Positions 9,180 to 19,107 of a stretch of 64,000 nt of DNA are shown here, in pieces (position 1 is the stretch's first letter; each line of letters begins with the position of its first letter). The notes beneath the pieces are model-generated. The model was not told the origin of the DNA, did no database searches, and saw only the letters and a list, made by a program, of their open reading frames with translations. Both the position numbers and the translations under genes were made by a program. Origin of the DNA: Thermoplasmatales archaeon (GTDB lineage: Archaea; Thermoplasmatota; Thermoplasmata; Thermoplasmatales; Thermoplasmataceae); contig DAIDBH010000014.1 in NCBI GenBank assembly GCA_027310185.1, positions 64,001 to 128,000 of the forward strand, given 5' to 3'.

Positions 9180-10893
9180 CTCCTACAGCTGACGGATTCC
9201 CAAGAGGTTCTGGTTTCTGTTCCAGTGATGGTTCTTCGTTGTTATATGTATCTTCGAAAGCATTGTTTGTTGTTGTACTTGGCTCATCAAGCATGGACTT
9301 TATAAGGTTTGCAAGGAAGAACAGCTGACCGATTCCGATAATGACTCCACCTGCGATAGCAATATCCTGATATACCTGGAATCTTGCAAAGTATCCAGAT
9401 ACGTATCTGGGCATGCCGAGGAACCCTCCTATGGTCCATCCCATTGACATTATGAATGATCCGATTGCAGTTAGGGCCATGTGCCATGTGGCGAGACGCT
9501 GGTCATACTTCCTGCCCCTGGTTATTGTTGGCCACAGCATATATACTGAGGCAAAGATGATTCCGGTAGTGATTCCCATGAAGATGAAATGGAAATGCCC
9601 CGTAACCCAGTATGTTCCATGTACCTGTATATTCACGACTAGCATTGATTGCATAACCCCTGTTATTCCACCTATTATGAAATCAAATATTCCATTGATT
9701 ACAAACAGCATTGGTGTTGAGAGTCGAATTTTGTCCGCAGTCCACATAGATGCTATATAGTTGAATATGGTGATTGCAGACGGGATAACTACAAGGAATG
9801 ATGCTGTTGAAAAGAACAATCCCCACTGAATGCCAAAGCCTGAATTCAGTAGATGATGTCCCCATACCAGTTCTGATAATGGCATCAATAATGCCAGACC
9901 GACCACTCCAGAAGTATAACTGAATATCTTTTTACCTGTGAATTTTGGTATAATTTCGTAAATCAATCCAAATTCCGGCAGGATTGCAATATATACGATT
10001 GGATGCCCCCATATCCAGAACAGTTCTGCAAACGACAGTGGAGAACTTGCACCTGCGACACCGGTGAAAAATATGGGGTTGAAGAAATCATAGAACAGCA
10101 TTACTAGAGCGGACATAAGGAAAGGTGCAGAGGCCAGGAACATCAATAATGTGAAAAGTACACTCCATGCAAATAGAGGCATTTTCGTAAGTGGTACATT
10201 ATCACCACGATCCATTATGATCATTCTTATCACAACTATTGCAGCGATTGTTATACCGATGAATATCATTTCCAGACCTATAACGGCAAGCCAGTTGTAA
10301 GCTCCAGCTCCATATGGGTTCAACTGAAGAGCGAGTGGTGGGTAGAAATACCATCTTGTGGATGTCCTGGAAAGAAGGATAAAGACACCGCCTAGTAGAT
10401 ATATCCAGAATGCCGTAGATGAAATTGAACCATATTTATCAGCCTTTACCTTCAGGAATGAAGGAAGCAGATAGTAGGCTATTCCCATTGCTCCACCAAG
10501 AGCCCACATATATATCATAAGTATTGAGTGCTCTGTTGTCAGCACGTCGTAAAGTACTTCTCTACCAGCAAAAAGAGTTGGATTCGGTTCAACAAGACTC
10601 ACTCTCATCAACAAGCCGAATGATCCAGCTATGAAGAAGAATACTATTGCGCTCATTATATATCTCATTCCAATGCTTTTGGAATCATTCAGAACAAAAT
10701 TGTTTGGAGATAGGAATCCTCCATTCTTCTTATTTTCTCTCAGGTAGGAACCGTAATCATAGTAATTATCCTCATTTGCTGCAACGTCTGCCTCTGTTTT
10801 TGCATTCAAGTATTTATAATACATGAAGAATAGAATTGCAAAACCTATTGAAAGAATCAGGGATAACTCAACAAGAAGTGTGGTTGATGACAT
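9172..10893 (-). CDS. coxA: Heme-copper terminal oxidase subunit I
   Basis: His ligands in TEHS, WGHPIVY, WGHH and GHFH; YPPL and GMPR motifs. Confidence 0.95.
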   Translation of the reverse strand: MSSTTLLVELSLILSIGFAILFFMYYKYLNAKTEADVAANEDNYYDYGSYLRENKKNGGFLSPNNFVLNDSKSIGMRYIMSAIVFFFIAGSFGLLMRVSLVEPNPTLFAGREVLYDVLTTEHSILMIYMWALGGAMGIAYYLLPSFLKVKADKYGSISSTAFWIYLLGGVFILLSRTSTRWYFYPPLALQLNPYGAGAYNWLAVIGLEMIFIGITIAAIVVIRMIIMDRGDNVPLTKMPLFAWSVLFTLLMFLASAPFLMSALVMLFYDFFNPIFFTGVAGASSPLSFAELFWIWGHPIVYIAILPEFGLIYEIIPKFTGKKIFSYTSGVVGLALLMPLSELVWGHHLLNSGFGIQWGLFFSTASFLVVIPSAITIFNYIASMWTADKIRLSTPMLFVINGIFDFIIGGITGVMQSMLVVNIQVHGTYWVTGHFHFIFMGITTGIIFASVYMLWPTITRGRKYDQRLATWHMALTAIGSFIMSMGWTIGGFLGMPRYVSGYFARFQVYQDIAIAGGVIIGIGQLFFLANLIKSMLDEPSTTTNNAFEDTYNNEEPSLEQKPEPLGNPSAVGGE

Positions 10894-11372
10894 TACTTAA
10901 CCACCGTCAAATATCCTCTCATGAGGTAATGATCGTACCCACAGTACTCTACACACTCGAATATGAACACACCGGTATGAATTGGCGTGAATGTTATGGA
11001 ATTATTCTGCCCTGGTACTGCATAGATCTGGATGTCAAACTGTGCTATATAGAGGTCGTGTATAACCGCAAATTGATGAGAACCTTTCGAAGAACTGACA
11101 ATCAGTGTGTAAGTCGTATTGACATGTATGGTTAATGAATCAGTACAGGTATGCGTCCCTGTGGCATTTTCCTTTGTAAAGATCCATGCCCACTGCTCCC
11201 CGGTAACGTCAATGATATGATTGTCAGGGTTTATGTTCGTGTGGGGCGTCTCTTTTGTGGCTATAGAAAACGCAGGTAGACCAGTAGTATAAATATTTAA
11301 TCCAGCTGCTGCACCCAGCACAACCAATACACCTATAAGCCATAATGCTTCAATTTTCATTTTTTTATTCAT
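10893..11372 (-). CDS. coxB: Heme-copper oxidase subunit II (CuA, single TM)
   Basis: GEQWAW, VIHDLY and CVEYCGYDHYLM CuA motif. Confidence 0.95.
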   Translation of the reverse strand: MNKKMKIEALWLIGVLVVLGAAAGLNIYTTGLPAFSIATKETPHTNINPDNHIIDVTGEQWAWIFTKENATGTHTCTDSLTIHVNTTYTLIVSSSKGSHQFAVIHDLYIAQFDIQIYAVPGQNNSITFTPIHTGVFIFECVEYCGYDHYLMRGYLTVVK

Positions 11373-11617
11373 CTAAAATCCTCCCACTGGTGACTCCTGT
11401 CTCCCTTCTTAAATACTGGATAGAACAGTAAAAGACTGGTAAAGACTCCAGAAGCTATTCCTGCTCCATACAAAGGAGAGGCATAGGTTGCCTCAATCTG
11501 CCCTTGTGTAGTCGCCTCATAACCTGTCAGGAAAATTGTCAACAGGATGCTGCTCACGATTCCAACAATTATAGAAATAATGAGGAAAATAGTTACAACA
11601 TTTGCCCCTTTGCTCAT
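11369..11617 (-). CDS. Small 2-TM protein, probable oxidase accessory subunit
   Basis: GGTGA SD; ATGA overlap with subunit II; two hydrophobic helices. Confidence 0.75.
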   Translation of the reverse strand: MSKGANVVTIFLIISIIVGIVSSILLTIFLTGYEATTQGQIEATYASPLYGAGIASGVFTSLLLFYPVFKKGDRSHQWEDFR

Positions 11618-11660
11618 AAATCACCAATTATTAATTTTTATTAATAGTTTATGTTTCGCC

Positions 11661-12101
11661 TCAGAACTTTTCAACCAGTTTTATTTTGAGAAAAAGCTCT
11701 ATTTTCCTTGCTGTTTTTATATCAGGTTTAAGGCTCCCTCTTTCAATTGCTGCGATGGATGTTCTTTTCTCTTTTATTTTGGCGGCAAATTCATCCTGCG
11801 TCAAGCCCGTTTTTTCTCTTGTTTCCCTGATCAGGACAGCATAGTCAGGCACTATTTCAAGCTCATCTATGTCTGTCTCTCTACCTGGCTTCTTCCTGGG
11901 TTTTTGTTGCGGTATGAATACCGGTTGGGTACTTGTATTAGTTAGACTGTAGCTTGAAACGCTTTTGACAACCGGCTTATTCCTGTAATTTTCAATTGGA
12001 GTTCCAAATTTCTCGCAATTACTGCATACTGCCATAACTGCCCCGTCAATTTTTACCTTCTTAAGATGATCGGTCTTTTTACCACATAATTCACATTCCA
12101 T
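11661..12101 (-). CDS. mbf1: Archaeal multiprotein bridging factor aMBF1 (Zn ribbon + HTH)
   Basis: CELCG...IDGAVMAVCSNC and C-terminal HTH (GLTQDEFA...IERGSLKPD). Likely start ATG 12101. Confidence 0.92.
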   Translation of the reverse strand: MECELCGKKTDHLKKVKIDGAVMAVCSNCEKFGTPIENYRNKPVVKSVSSYSLTNTSTQPVFIPQQKPRKKPGRETDIDELEIVPDYAVLIRETREKTGLTQDEFAAKIKEKRTSIAAIERGSLKPDIKTARKIELFLKIKLVEKF

Positions 12102-12185
12102 ACAATTCACTCCCTTTAATTTGTCATTTTCATTATGCTTATTTACTTTTTTCCTTTTCGGGCATTTTTTGCATGATTATAACGT

Positions 12186-12800
12186 TCAAATGAATCCATG
12201 GCCAAGAGCAACGAGAAAAGTGACTGAGAAAGCCAGTTCAATTATGTATATATAAAGATTCCATTTCAGGATACTGTATCCTGGAAGAGGGGGAATTGGC
12301 AGTGAAGAAAATACTGCAACCATTAAGCTTGAACCGCTGATTATAAGAAATATTTCGCTTAGTGCTCCAGAACTGATGAAAGAGAAGCCTGAGAATATGG
12401 CCCCAAGCATCATGTTCGCAAATGGAGCACTAAGAGCTATTTTCCCTTCTATTTCATTGTTGGCTGAACCCACGATCCTTGTACTTCCCGGAAGCGATAC
12501 AATAAAGCCAAATATGGAAGTTAGTAAGGCGAATATAATGCCTGAAGTAAATAAAGTGAAATTAACCCTGTATCCATACCTGTCAGAAAGAAAACTCATG
12601 CTGAAGTAGCTTAAACCTATTGCAATGAAAGACGAAAGCATTCCCGCAGGAAGCAGTAGAAACAGGAATTTTTCTGGTGTATAGCCAGATACTATATGTC
12701 TATAAGCAATACTGAGAGCAAGTCCAAGAACTATGAATGAAATCAGGAAATCTTCCCTCATGGAATGGTGCTGTCTGAGGTTGAAGTTCAGGATATCCAT
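12186..12800 (-). CDS. M50/site-2 protease-like membrane protein lacking catalytic residues
   Basis: GKIALSAPFAN and FSSLPIPPLPG correspond to M50 AGPxxN and FNLLPxxPLDG; no HExxH. Confidence 0.7.
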   Translation of the reverse strand: MDILNFNLRQHHSMREDFLISFIVLGLALSIAYRHIVSGYTPEKFLFLLLPAGMLSSFIAIGLSYFSMSFLSDRYGYRVNFTLFTSGIIFALLTSIFGFIVSLPGSTRIVGSANNEIEGKIALSAPFANMMLGAIFSGFSFISSGALSEIFLIISGSSLMVAVFSSLPIPPLPGYSILKWNLYIYIIELAFSVTFLVALGHGFI

Positions 12801-15800
12801 TATGCAAAACCACCATCAAGGCTCTGCACGGCTGCCTTGAGCTTCAATGCCCCTCTTATTCCAAGATTGAACTTTACGCTGTAAACAAATGGATTGGAAT
12901 ATGGCATGGAAGCAGCCTGCTGTAACAATTTTATTGTAAGTGGATCCTTTGGAATCTGCCGAACCTTGAAGTGATAATAAGAATCATCAACATAGTCCTT
13001 GATCATCTTTACCAGTTCTATATCCTTTGAACCGTTACCCAGGAAGAATATTGGCAACGTTAATTCCTCAACAGTACTTATTCCGGTCTTTTTGTAAATA
13101 TTCTTCATTATTCTGCATGATTCCTGCTCTAGATAGTCCATGTCAATACCCTCAAGACTCGAAGGTGAGTTCAGGAACTCATATATTTCATCGATCATGT
13201 TCACCTTTATCTTTGTATACATGACTGCTTCTCTTTTATCCAGAAATTTGTTGTGTTTTATGCAGGCCTTCATCAATCTTTCTGATAGGATTATTATCTC
13301 TGCCCTGTTTTCTGTGTTCTTCAGAATATTCATTAAATCAGTGAATTTTTCCTGGGTGATCGTTTTCTGATGTTGCCGCGAAAGAAGATTTTCTGCAATA
13401 TCAAAATTTTTTGTTCTGATTAGGGTGAGTGCTACTGTTTCTGTTGAGTCTCCATTTAGCAGAACTGGAAACATCTCATAGAGCTTCAGTACATCCTTGT
13501 AAAGGCCATTGTTGAAATTTATCCTTTCCATTCTTGCCAGGACTTCAATCTTATCTGTTCTGGGGGTATTCATTTTAAGGTACTGAAGGCAGTCCGTGTT
13601 TGCCTCCTCGAACTTTCCTGCTTCTGCAAGCTTTTCAATCAGAACAGTTATTATCCTTATATCCTCAGGATTGTTCCTGAAAAGCATCCTGAGAACCTCG
13701 AGACTTTCAGCACTCTTCTGCTCGGATATCATTCTCGAAGATATATCCAGTCCAAGACTGGTGTTACTTGTCTTCTTGAGAAGTGCGATCAATTGAGTCT
13801 TGATTATTTTATTTTCCCAGTATTTGTCAATAATGTTCTCGAGAACCACTTCCATGGACCCATCGATCTTGCTTATTCCTTTAATTGTACCTGCAAGTTT
13901 TTCAACATTACCGGATGCTTCATACAGTTTCAAGGTGAAAGCTGACTTATTTTTAAGCTGTTCAATGAAAGCTTCAGATTCCTTGAATTTACCCTGCTCT
14001 ATTAATGACTCCACGAGTCCACCGGTAGTTTCTTCCCTGGGCTCTTCCTGTAAACTCTTCCTAAAGAAATGCTCTGCTGAAACTGGATCCTTGTTTACCA
14101 GGTAATAATCTCCAAGCATTGAATTTATTCCTGCAGGTAATTTCAGGGCTGAATATTCATTTATCACGCTGTCGAGTTCTTCCTTGCTACCGAATTCTTT
14201 CAGATCGAGGATATAGTTTATTATATCCTGTTCTTCGCTCGTTCTCATCCTGCAGATCTTGCTATCCAGGTTTATTATATCAAGTGCACTGTTTTCCCTC
14301 TTCCTGAACTGTCTCAGCACCCTCATTGCCTGGATGGTTTCAACTCCAGAAAACTCGAGGAGGTCTACAAAATTCAGTAATTTTGTTTCATCTATCTTCA
14401 ACAACCTTTCGTATATCAATATCCAGGGAACGTGAAGTCCGCCTCCACTATTGACTATTGCCTCAGTCTCCCTTATTATATTTTCAGCGTCCATTTCTTC
14501 TAGCCTTGCTTGCAGTAGTAATGCCCTGAAAGGACTCGCTGAAAGTTGGTTATACGCTGACTCGAGCCTTCCTATCTTTGTCTTGTTCAATCTTGTTGTA
14601 TTCTCAGCAATAATTGAATAGAATGTGGTGTATGGATCCTGATCCTTGATTGCATTAAGTAGTATTGATGATGCCTTTTCATAGTTCCTTTCCTTTAATA
14701 GGATATTTATTCTTGGATAATTATAGATAATAATGTCCTGATCAGGGTTTGCCCCATGTTGAGATAAGATTAAATTTATCTTTGATTCAGCCTCTTCATA
14801 CCTGATTGTGTCAAGGTGTTTCCAGAGTTCATTTAAGGATATGAGATTATTCAGAACTTCTCCCTCTATTAAGCCCTGAATTGCTGCAGAATCTTTTTCC
14901 TTTATAACATTTCCATAGATAGAATCTCTTATAATTTCCAGATAGGATTTTACCTGAGAAGGTAATTTGTCACTGCTTGCAGAATAGATTGACCATCGTT
15001 CGTTTGTTCTCATAGAACTCAGCAATGCAATGTGAATACTGTCGCCAAGATACTGAAAATCTATGTTCCGGAATAACTCTAAAGCTTCCTTTATTCTTCC
15101 AGTCTCAATGCTTGAAAGTAAGATAAATGGCAATATTTCCTGATTGTTTCGGTCTATATTCTGTATTTGACTTATTTCCAGGATTTTATTCCACAATTTT
15201 CTAGTTTCAAGCTCCCTGAGAACAACATTGATAAATGAAGAATCCTCTGGAGATTCTACAATGTATTTTATGCATTTCTGGAAATATTCATTCTCTTTAC
15301 CTTCCTGCCGTGAAATCTCTGCATCAAGCTTGAGACCTAACTTTGAGTTTGCAGTTTCCTTGGTTGCCCTGGCTATGGTGGTCTTTGCCTTTTTATAATC
15401 TCCTTCATAGAGATATAACTGGGCTATGTAAAGTATGGATTTCTGTGAAAAATCTGTTTCTGGGCCAAGAGAACTCAGGTAGTCCAGAGCTTCTCTATAA
15501 TTTTTTATTTTCACACATGCTTCTACGAAAGTTTCCTCCAACTGTTTTGTCGATCTCAGCAGACTTTTCCTTCTGGCAAGGAATGAAACGATCAGCTCCC
15601 ATTCGCCTGATTTCCTCAATGCCTCGACATAGAGCTCTATTGCCTCCTGATTATTCTGTGAAACAGAGATTACCCTCTGCAGTATATCAATCGCCTTCTG
15701 GTATTCACCAACTTTTATGAAAAGGGAAGAAAGTCTTAAAAGGGAGCCCTCTTCCTTAAAGTTATCTATGTCAACCGTTTTCAGCAGTGAGACCAGAGAT

Positions 15801-16441
15801 GGTATTTCCAGATTCAGGTCAAGAGCTTCCAGATAATCAAGTATATATTCTGTATTTGTTGGGTCCGCTATAGTTATTAGCTTCAGGAATTTCAAAAGTT
15901 CTCTCTTCCCGTTGCTTGCCCTGTAATTCTTGGTGATTTCCTTGTTTATTACATATGAATTATTATCAATGTATCTTCTGAAAAGATTTTCATCAAAAAT
16001 ACCATTAGCGGAAAGTAGAAGCGCTGCATAATCCCACATATTTGTAAGTGAGGCTAACTCATTTATGTTATCAATAATATCCTGTGAGTTGAACAATTTT
16101 ATATTTGACTTTAGATATTCTTTCGCAAGTTCTGTATTTTTTTCGTTTACCAGTGATTTGGTATAGAATGATTGAATTATTTCGCTATCCTTGTTTGCAA
16201 GATAAAAATATTTATATATCCTGGAGTCCCAAACGTGCATATTGACCCAGAGCTCCCTGACAACAGTGTCAATTTTTGCCCTGATTTCAGTATCGTTTTG
16301 AATAAGAAGTATGTAATCAGGAACCTGCAAAACCTTTGTCATTTTAGTTAATTGTTCCTGCCTTTCTACTACATCTTTCGAATCCAGAAATCTATCAATT
16401 ATCTTGTTTAGATTTCTTTTCGAATCATCGCTATCCAACAT
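12800..16441 (-). CDS. Large TPR/alpha-solenoid protein
   Basis: 1213 aa with recurring TPR-like units (GEYQKAIDILQRVI, GDYKKAKTTIARA, GKFEEA). Confidence 0.8.
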   Translation of the reverse strand: MLDSDDSKRNLNKIIDRFLDSKDVVERQEQLTKMTKVLQVPDYILLIQNDTEIRAKIDTVVRELWVNMHVWDSRIYKYFYLANKDSEIIQSFYTKSLVNEKNTELAKEYLKSNIKLFNSQDIIDNINELASLTNMWDYAALLLSANGIFDENLFRRYIDNNSYVINKEITKNYRASNGKRELLKFLKLITIADPTNTEYILDYLEALDLNLEIPSLVSLLKTVDIDNFKEEGSLLRLSSLFIKVGEYQKAIDILQRVISVSQNNQEAIELYVEALRKSGEWELIVSFLARRKSLLRSTKQLEETFVEACVKIKNYREALDYLSSLGPETDFSQKSILYIAQLYLYEGDYKKAKTTIARATKETANSKLGLKLDAEISRQEGKENEYFQKCIKYIVESPEDSSFINVVLRELETRKLWNKILEISQIQNIDRNNQEILPFILLSSIETGRIKEALELFRNIDFQYLGDSIHIALLSSMRTNERWSIYSASSDKLPSQVKSYLEIIRDSIYGNVIKEKDSAAIQGLIEGEVLNNLISLNELWKHLDTIRYEEAESKINLILSQHGANPDQDIIIYNYPRINILLKERNYEKASSILLNAIKDQDPYTTFYSIIAENTTRLNKTKIGRLESAYNQLSASPFRALLLQARLEEMDAENIIRETEAIVNSGGGLHVPWILIYERLLKIDETKLLNFVDLLEFSGVETIQAMRVLRQFRKRENSALDIINLDSKICRMRTSEEQDIINYILDLKEFGSKEELDSVINEYSALKLPAGINSMLGDYYLVNKDPVSAEHFFRKSLQEEPREETTGGLVESLIEQGKFKESEAFIEQLKNKSAFTLKLYEASGNVEKLAGTIKGISKIDGSMEVVLENIIDKYWENKIIKTQLIALLKKTSNTSLGLDISSRMISEQKSAESLEVLRMLFRNNPEDIRIITVLIEKLAEAGKFEEANTDCLQYLKMNTPRTDKIEVLARMERINFNNGLYKDVLKLYEMFPVLLNGDSTETVALTLIRTKNFDIAENLLSRQHQKTITQEKFTDLMNILKNTENRAEIIILSERLMKACIKHNKFLDKREAVMYTKIKVNMIDEIYEFLNSPSSLEGIDMDYLEQESCRIMKNIYKKTGISTVEELTLPIFFLGNGSKDIELVKMIKDYVDDSYYHFKVRQIPKDPLTIKLLQQAASMPYSNPFVYSVKFNLGIRGALKLKAAVQSLDGGFA

Positions 16442-16646
16442 GCTCTTTCTATTATACTATATCTGTATAATAATTTAATGAGTTTGTTCCCCTTTCAATA
16501 AGTTGCTTGTTACAGTTTGACTAATTTTTTTATAGTTCCACATGTTTTACTATTTTCAGTGAAATTCAAATGTATTGTTTTACCATATAGTAAATGACCA
16601 TTGAATTAATGGTGCTTTACAGTTAGAGAAATTGAATCCATTTATG

Positions 16647-17132
16647 CTAATCTTTCAGATAAGTGTCTTTCAGTTTCACATAATCCTCTGCGTTCCTTCG
16701 TGCCATTTTTTCATACTCAATCGAATTGGACATTATTTTTCCGGGGATTCCAGCAACCATACTATTTTCAGGAATCTTTTTATTTTCCAGTATCACAGCC
16801 CCAGCTCCGATAACGGAACCATCGCCGATTAAACTTCCGTTCATTATTATTGCACCCATTCCAACAAGACAATTATTTCCAATTGTACATCCGTGGACTA
16901 CTGCATTATGTCCTATTGAAACATATTTTCCAACTTTAACATCGTATCCTGGATCACAGTGTATTGTGACGTTGTCCTGAACGTTTGAGAAATCGTCTAT
17001 TACTATAGAGCCTAAATCTCCCCTTATTGATGCAAAGTCAAAAACAGAACAGTCATTCCCTATTTTCACTCTTCCCCTTATTGAGCAGAGATCGGATATG
17101 AATGTTTTCCTGCCTATTCTAATTTCATTCAT
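16647..17132 (-). CDS. Gamma-class carbonic anhydrase family hexapeptide-repeat protein
   Basis: IRGD, NVQDNVTIH and IGHNAVVHGC. Start moved to ATG 17132. Confidence 0.92.
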   Translation of the reverse strand: MNEIRIGRKTFISDLCSIRGRVKIGNDCSVFDFASIRGDLGSIVIDDFSNVQDNVTIHCDPGYDVKVGKYVSIGHNAVVHGCTIGNNCLVGMGAIIMNGSLIGDGSVIGAGAVILENKKIPENSMVAGIPGKIMSNSIEYEKMARRNAEDYVKLKDTYLKD

Positions 17133-17237
17133 ATTAAGGAAACGAGTCAATATATAACTTATTTCCCATGCTTTTTTCGCAGAAGTTGATGTAAGATTAA
17201 TAAATAAGTAAACGATTAGGAAAAAAAGTGAAATCAT

Positions 17238-17678
17238 ATGGCGAGAATGCATACAAGAAAGAAGGGGAAATCCGGTTCAAAGAATTCTTTTTACGGTGCA
17301 AACCACAATTGGGTGCAGCAAAGTCCAAAGGAATTGGAAGAAATCATAATACAGCTTAGAAAAGATGGCTTAACTGCTTCTCAGATAGGGATTAAGTTAA
17401 GAGATTCATACGGCATCCCAAGAGTGAAAGCAGTCATGCATTCTAAGATGGGCGATATACTGGAGAAGAACGACTTAAAGAGCGAAGTACCAGAAGATTT
17501 GATGAGCTTAATAAATACATACAAAAGAGTTTCTGCCCATATGTTGCTAAACAAGCGAGACCTCAACAATGGCAGAAAAAGAGCACTTATCATGTCAAAA
17601 ATGTTGAGGCTAGTTAGATATTATAAGGAAAATGGGTATCTAAAACATGAATGGGAACTTAACAAGGTTCTTCAATAG
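17238..17678 (+). CDS. rps15: 30S ribosomal protein uS15 (S13e)
   Basis: MARMHTRKKGKSGS, IGIKLRDSYGIP, RLVRYYK. Confidence 0.97.
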   Translation: MARMHTRKKGKSGSKNSFYGANHNWVQQSPKELEEIIIQLRKDGLTASQIGIKLRDSYGIPRVKAVMHSKMGDILEKNDLKSEVPEDLMSLINTYKRVSAHMLLNKRDLNNGRKRALIMSKMLRLVRYYKENGYLKHEWELNKVLQ

Positions 17679-17680
17679 GC

Positions 17681-19027
17681 ATGATTACTGATTTAATTAG
17701 CAAGGAATTTTCGGAATCCCTGGAAAAGGGAAAGAATTTTTTTTTAAAATATGACTATGTAAGGGTTCTTGCTCATTACGACGGGGATGGAACCAGTGCA
17801 AGTATAATATTAACAAAATTGCTTTTAAGAAATAATAAGAAATTTCACCTCGGTTTTATCAAGGATCTATCCTCTGAGGGTTTTTCTAAACGAATAATGG
17901 AAGAACCAAATTTACCTACGATTGTAGTGGATGCAGGGTCTGATCAGTTGAAATTTGTCAAGGGCGATACTGCGGAAATCCTGGTTCTTGACCATCACTT
18001 CTACAGTGGTGGATCCAAAAATGAACTGAATATCAATGCCAGAAATTATGGGATTGATGGGACCAGAGAAGCATGTGGAGCGACAATGGCATACGTTTTT
18101 GCCCTCTACCTTAGCGAGGATAATTCTGATCTTTTACCATTCATGATATCAGGGGCAATAGCAGACAAGCAGGACCTATCCGGCTTTAGAGGACTCAATA
18201 AATCACTGATCGAGAAGTACGGTAAAAATGTGGAGAGAAAACATGTGTTAAACCTTGATGGGGAATCTATTCTTGATGCACTTGTATACTCTGTTGATCC
18301 GTTCATAAAAAACATTTCCGGATCGCTTGAAGGAACAAGGAAAATACTTGAAAAACTGTCCATAAATCCTGAAACAAGGCCTGAGGATATGACTAAAGAT
18401 GATACATTGAAACTCGGGAATTATCTTGGCTATCTTCTTTCATTTCAGGGTGCACATTCTGAGGCAATGTCATATCTGGAAAAGGATGAGCTATATTTCA
18501 GCAATGGTTTTTCAGCTTCATCACTCGCAAAAATAATTGATGCGAACTCCAAAAATGGAGACAATAATATTCCAGTTGAATTTTTTATGGGGAATAACTC
18601 CCTTAAAAATGAAATGATTTCAAACAAGAGAAAGTATGAAACCAGGTTAATCGATTATATAACAAGATCATACAAATCTATTTCCAAGGAAAAGAACCTG
18701 CAGTTCTTTTATGCCCCGGGTTCAGAGATGGCTGGAGCCATTTCTGGACAGCTTATGCTCTACCTCCTTGACCAGGATAAACCAGTGATCGGCTTTAATG
18801 TAGGAGATGACAGTACACTGATTTCATCGAGGGGAAACAGGAGAATGGTTGAAAAGGGACTCAATCTATCCCTGGTAATGAAGGAATGCACAGAGAAGGT
18901 AGGAGGCTCTGGTGGAGGTCATGACATAGCTGCAGGTGGATCGATTCCAAGGGGCATGGAAAGACAGTTTATTGAAATTGCAGATGAAATGATAGGCAAA
19001 CAGTTGAATCCCATAAGAACTGAATAA
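17681..19027 (+). CDS. recJ: DHH-family RecJ/Cdc45-like exonuclease
   Basis: HYDGDG, DAG, DHH, GAIAD and GGGHDIAAG motifs; conserved archaeal position after rps15. Confidence 0.9.
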   Translation: MITDLISKEFSESLEKGKNFFLKYDYVRVLAHYDGDGTSASIILTKLLLRNNKKFHLGFIKDLSSEGFSKRIMEEPNLPTIVVDAGSDQLKFVKGDTAEILVLDHHFYSGGSKNELNINARNYGIDGTREACGATMAYVFALYLSEDNSDLLPFMISGAIADKQDLSGFRGLNKSLIEKYGKNVERKHVLNLDGESILDALVYSVDPFIKNISGSLEGTRKILEKLSINPETRPEDMTKDDTLKLGNYLGYLLSFQGAHSEAMSYLEKDELYFSNGFSASSLAKIIDANSKNGDNNIPVEFFMGNNSLKNEMISNKRKYETRLIDYITRSYKSISKEKNLQFFYAPGSEMAGAISGQLMLYLLDQDKPVIGFNVGDDSTLISSRGNRRMVEKGLNLSLVMKECTEKVGGSGGGHDIAAGGSIPRGMERQFIEIADEMIGKQLNPIRTE

Positions 19028-19107
19028 ATAAACAGGCTCTAAATCAACTTGGAATGTTCATTGGACATACAAAAACTTTTTAATGCTTCAATTCATTTGA
19101 TTATTGA

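Noticed and set aside
17133-17252. 40-aa N-terminal extension of the gamma-CA ORF in the track
   Set aside because: It overlaps the rps15 start and the divergent promoter region; family similarity begins at the Met at 17132.
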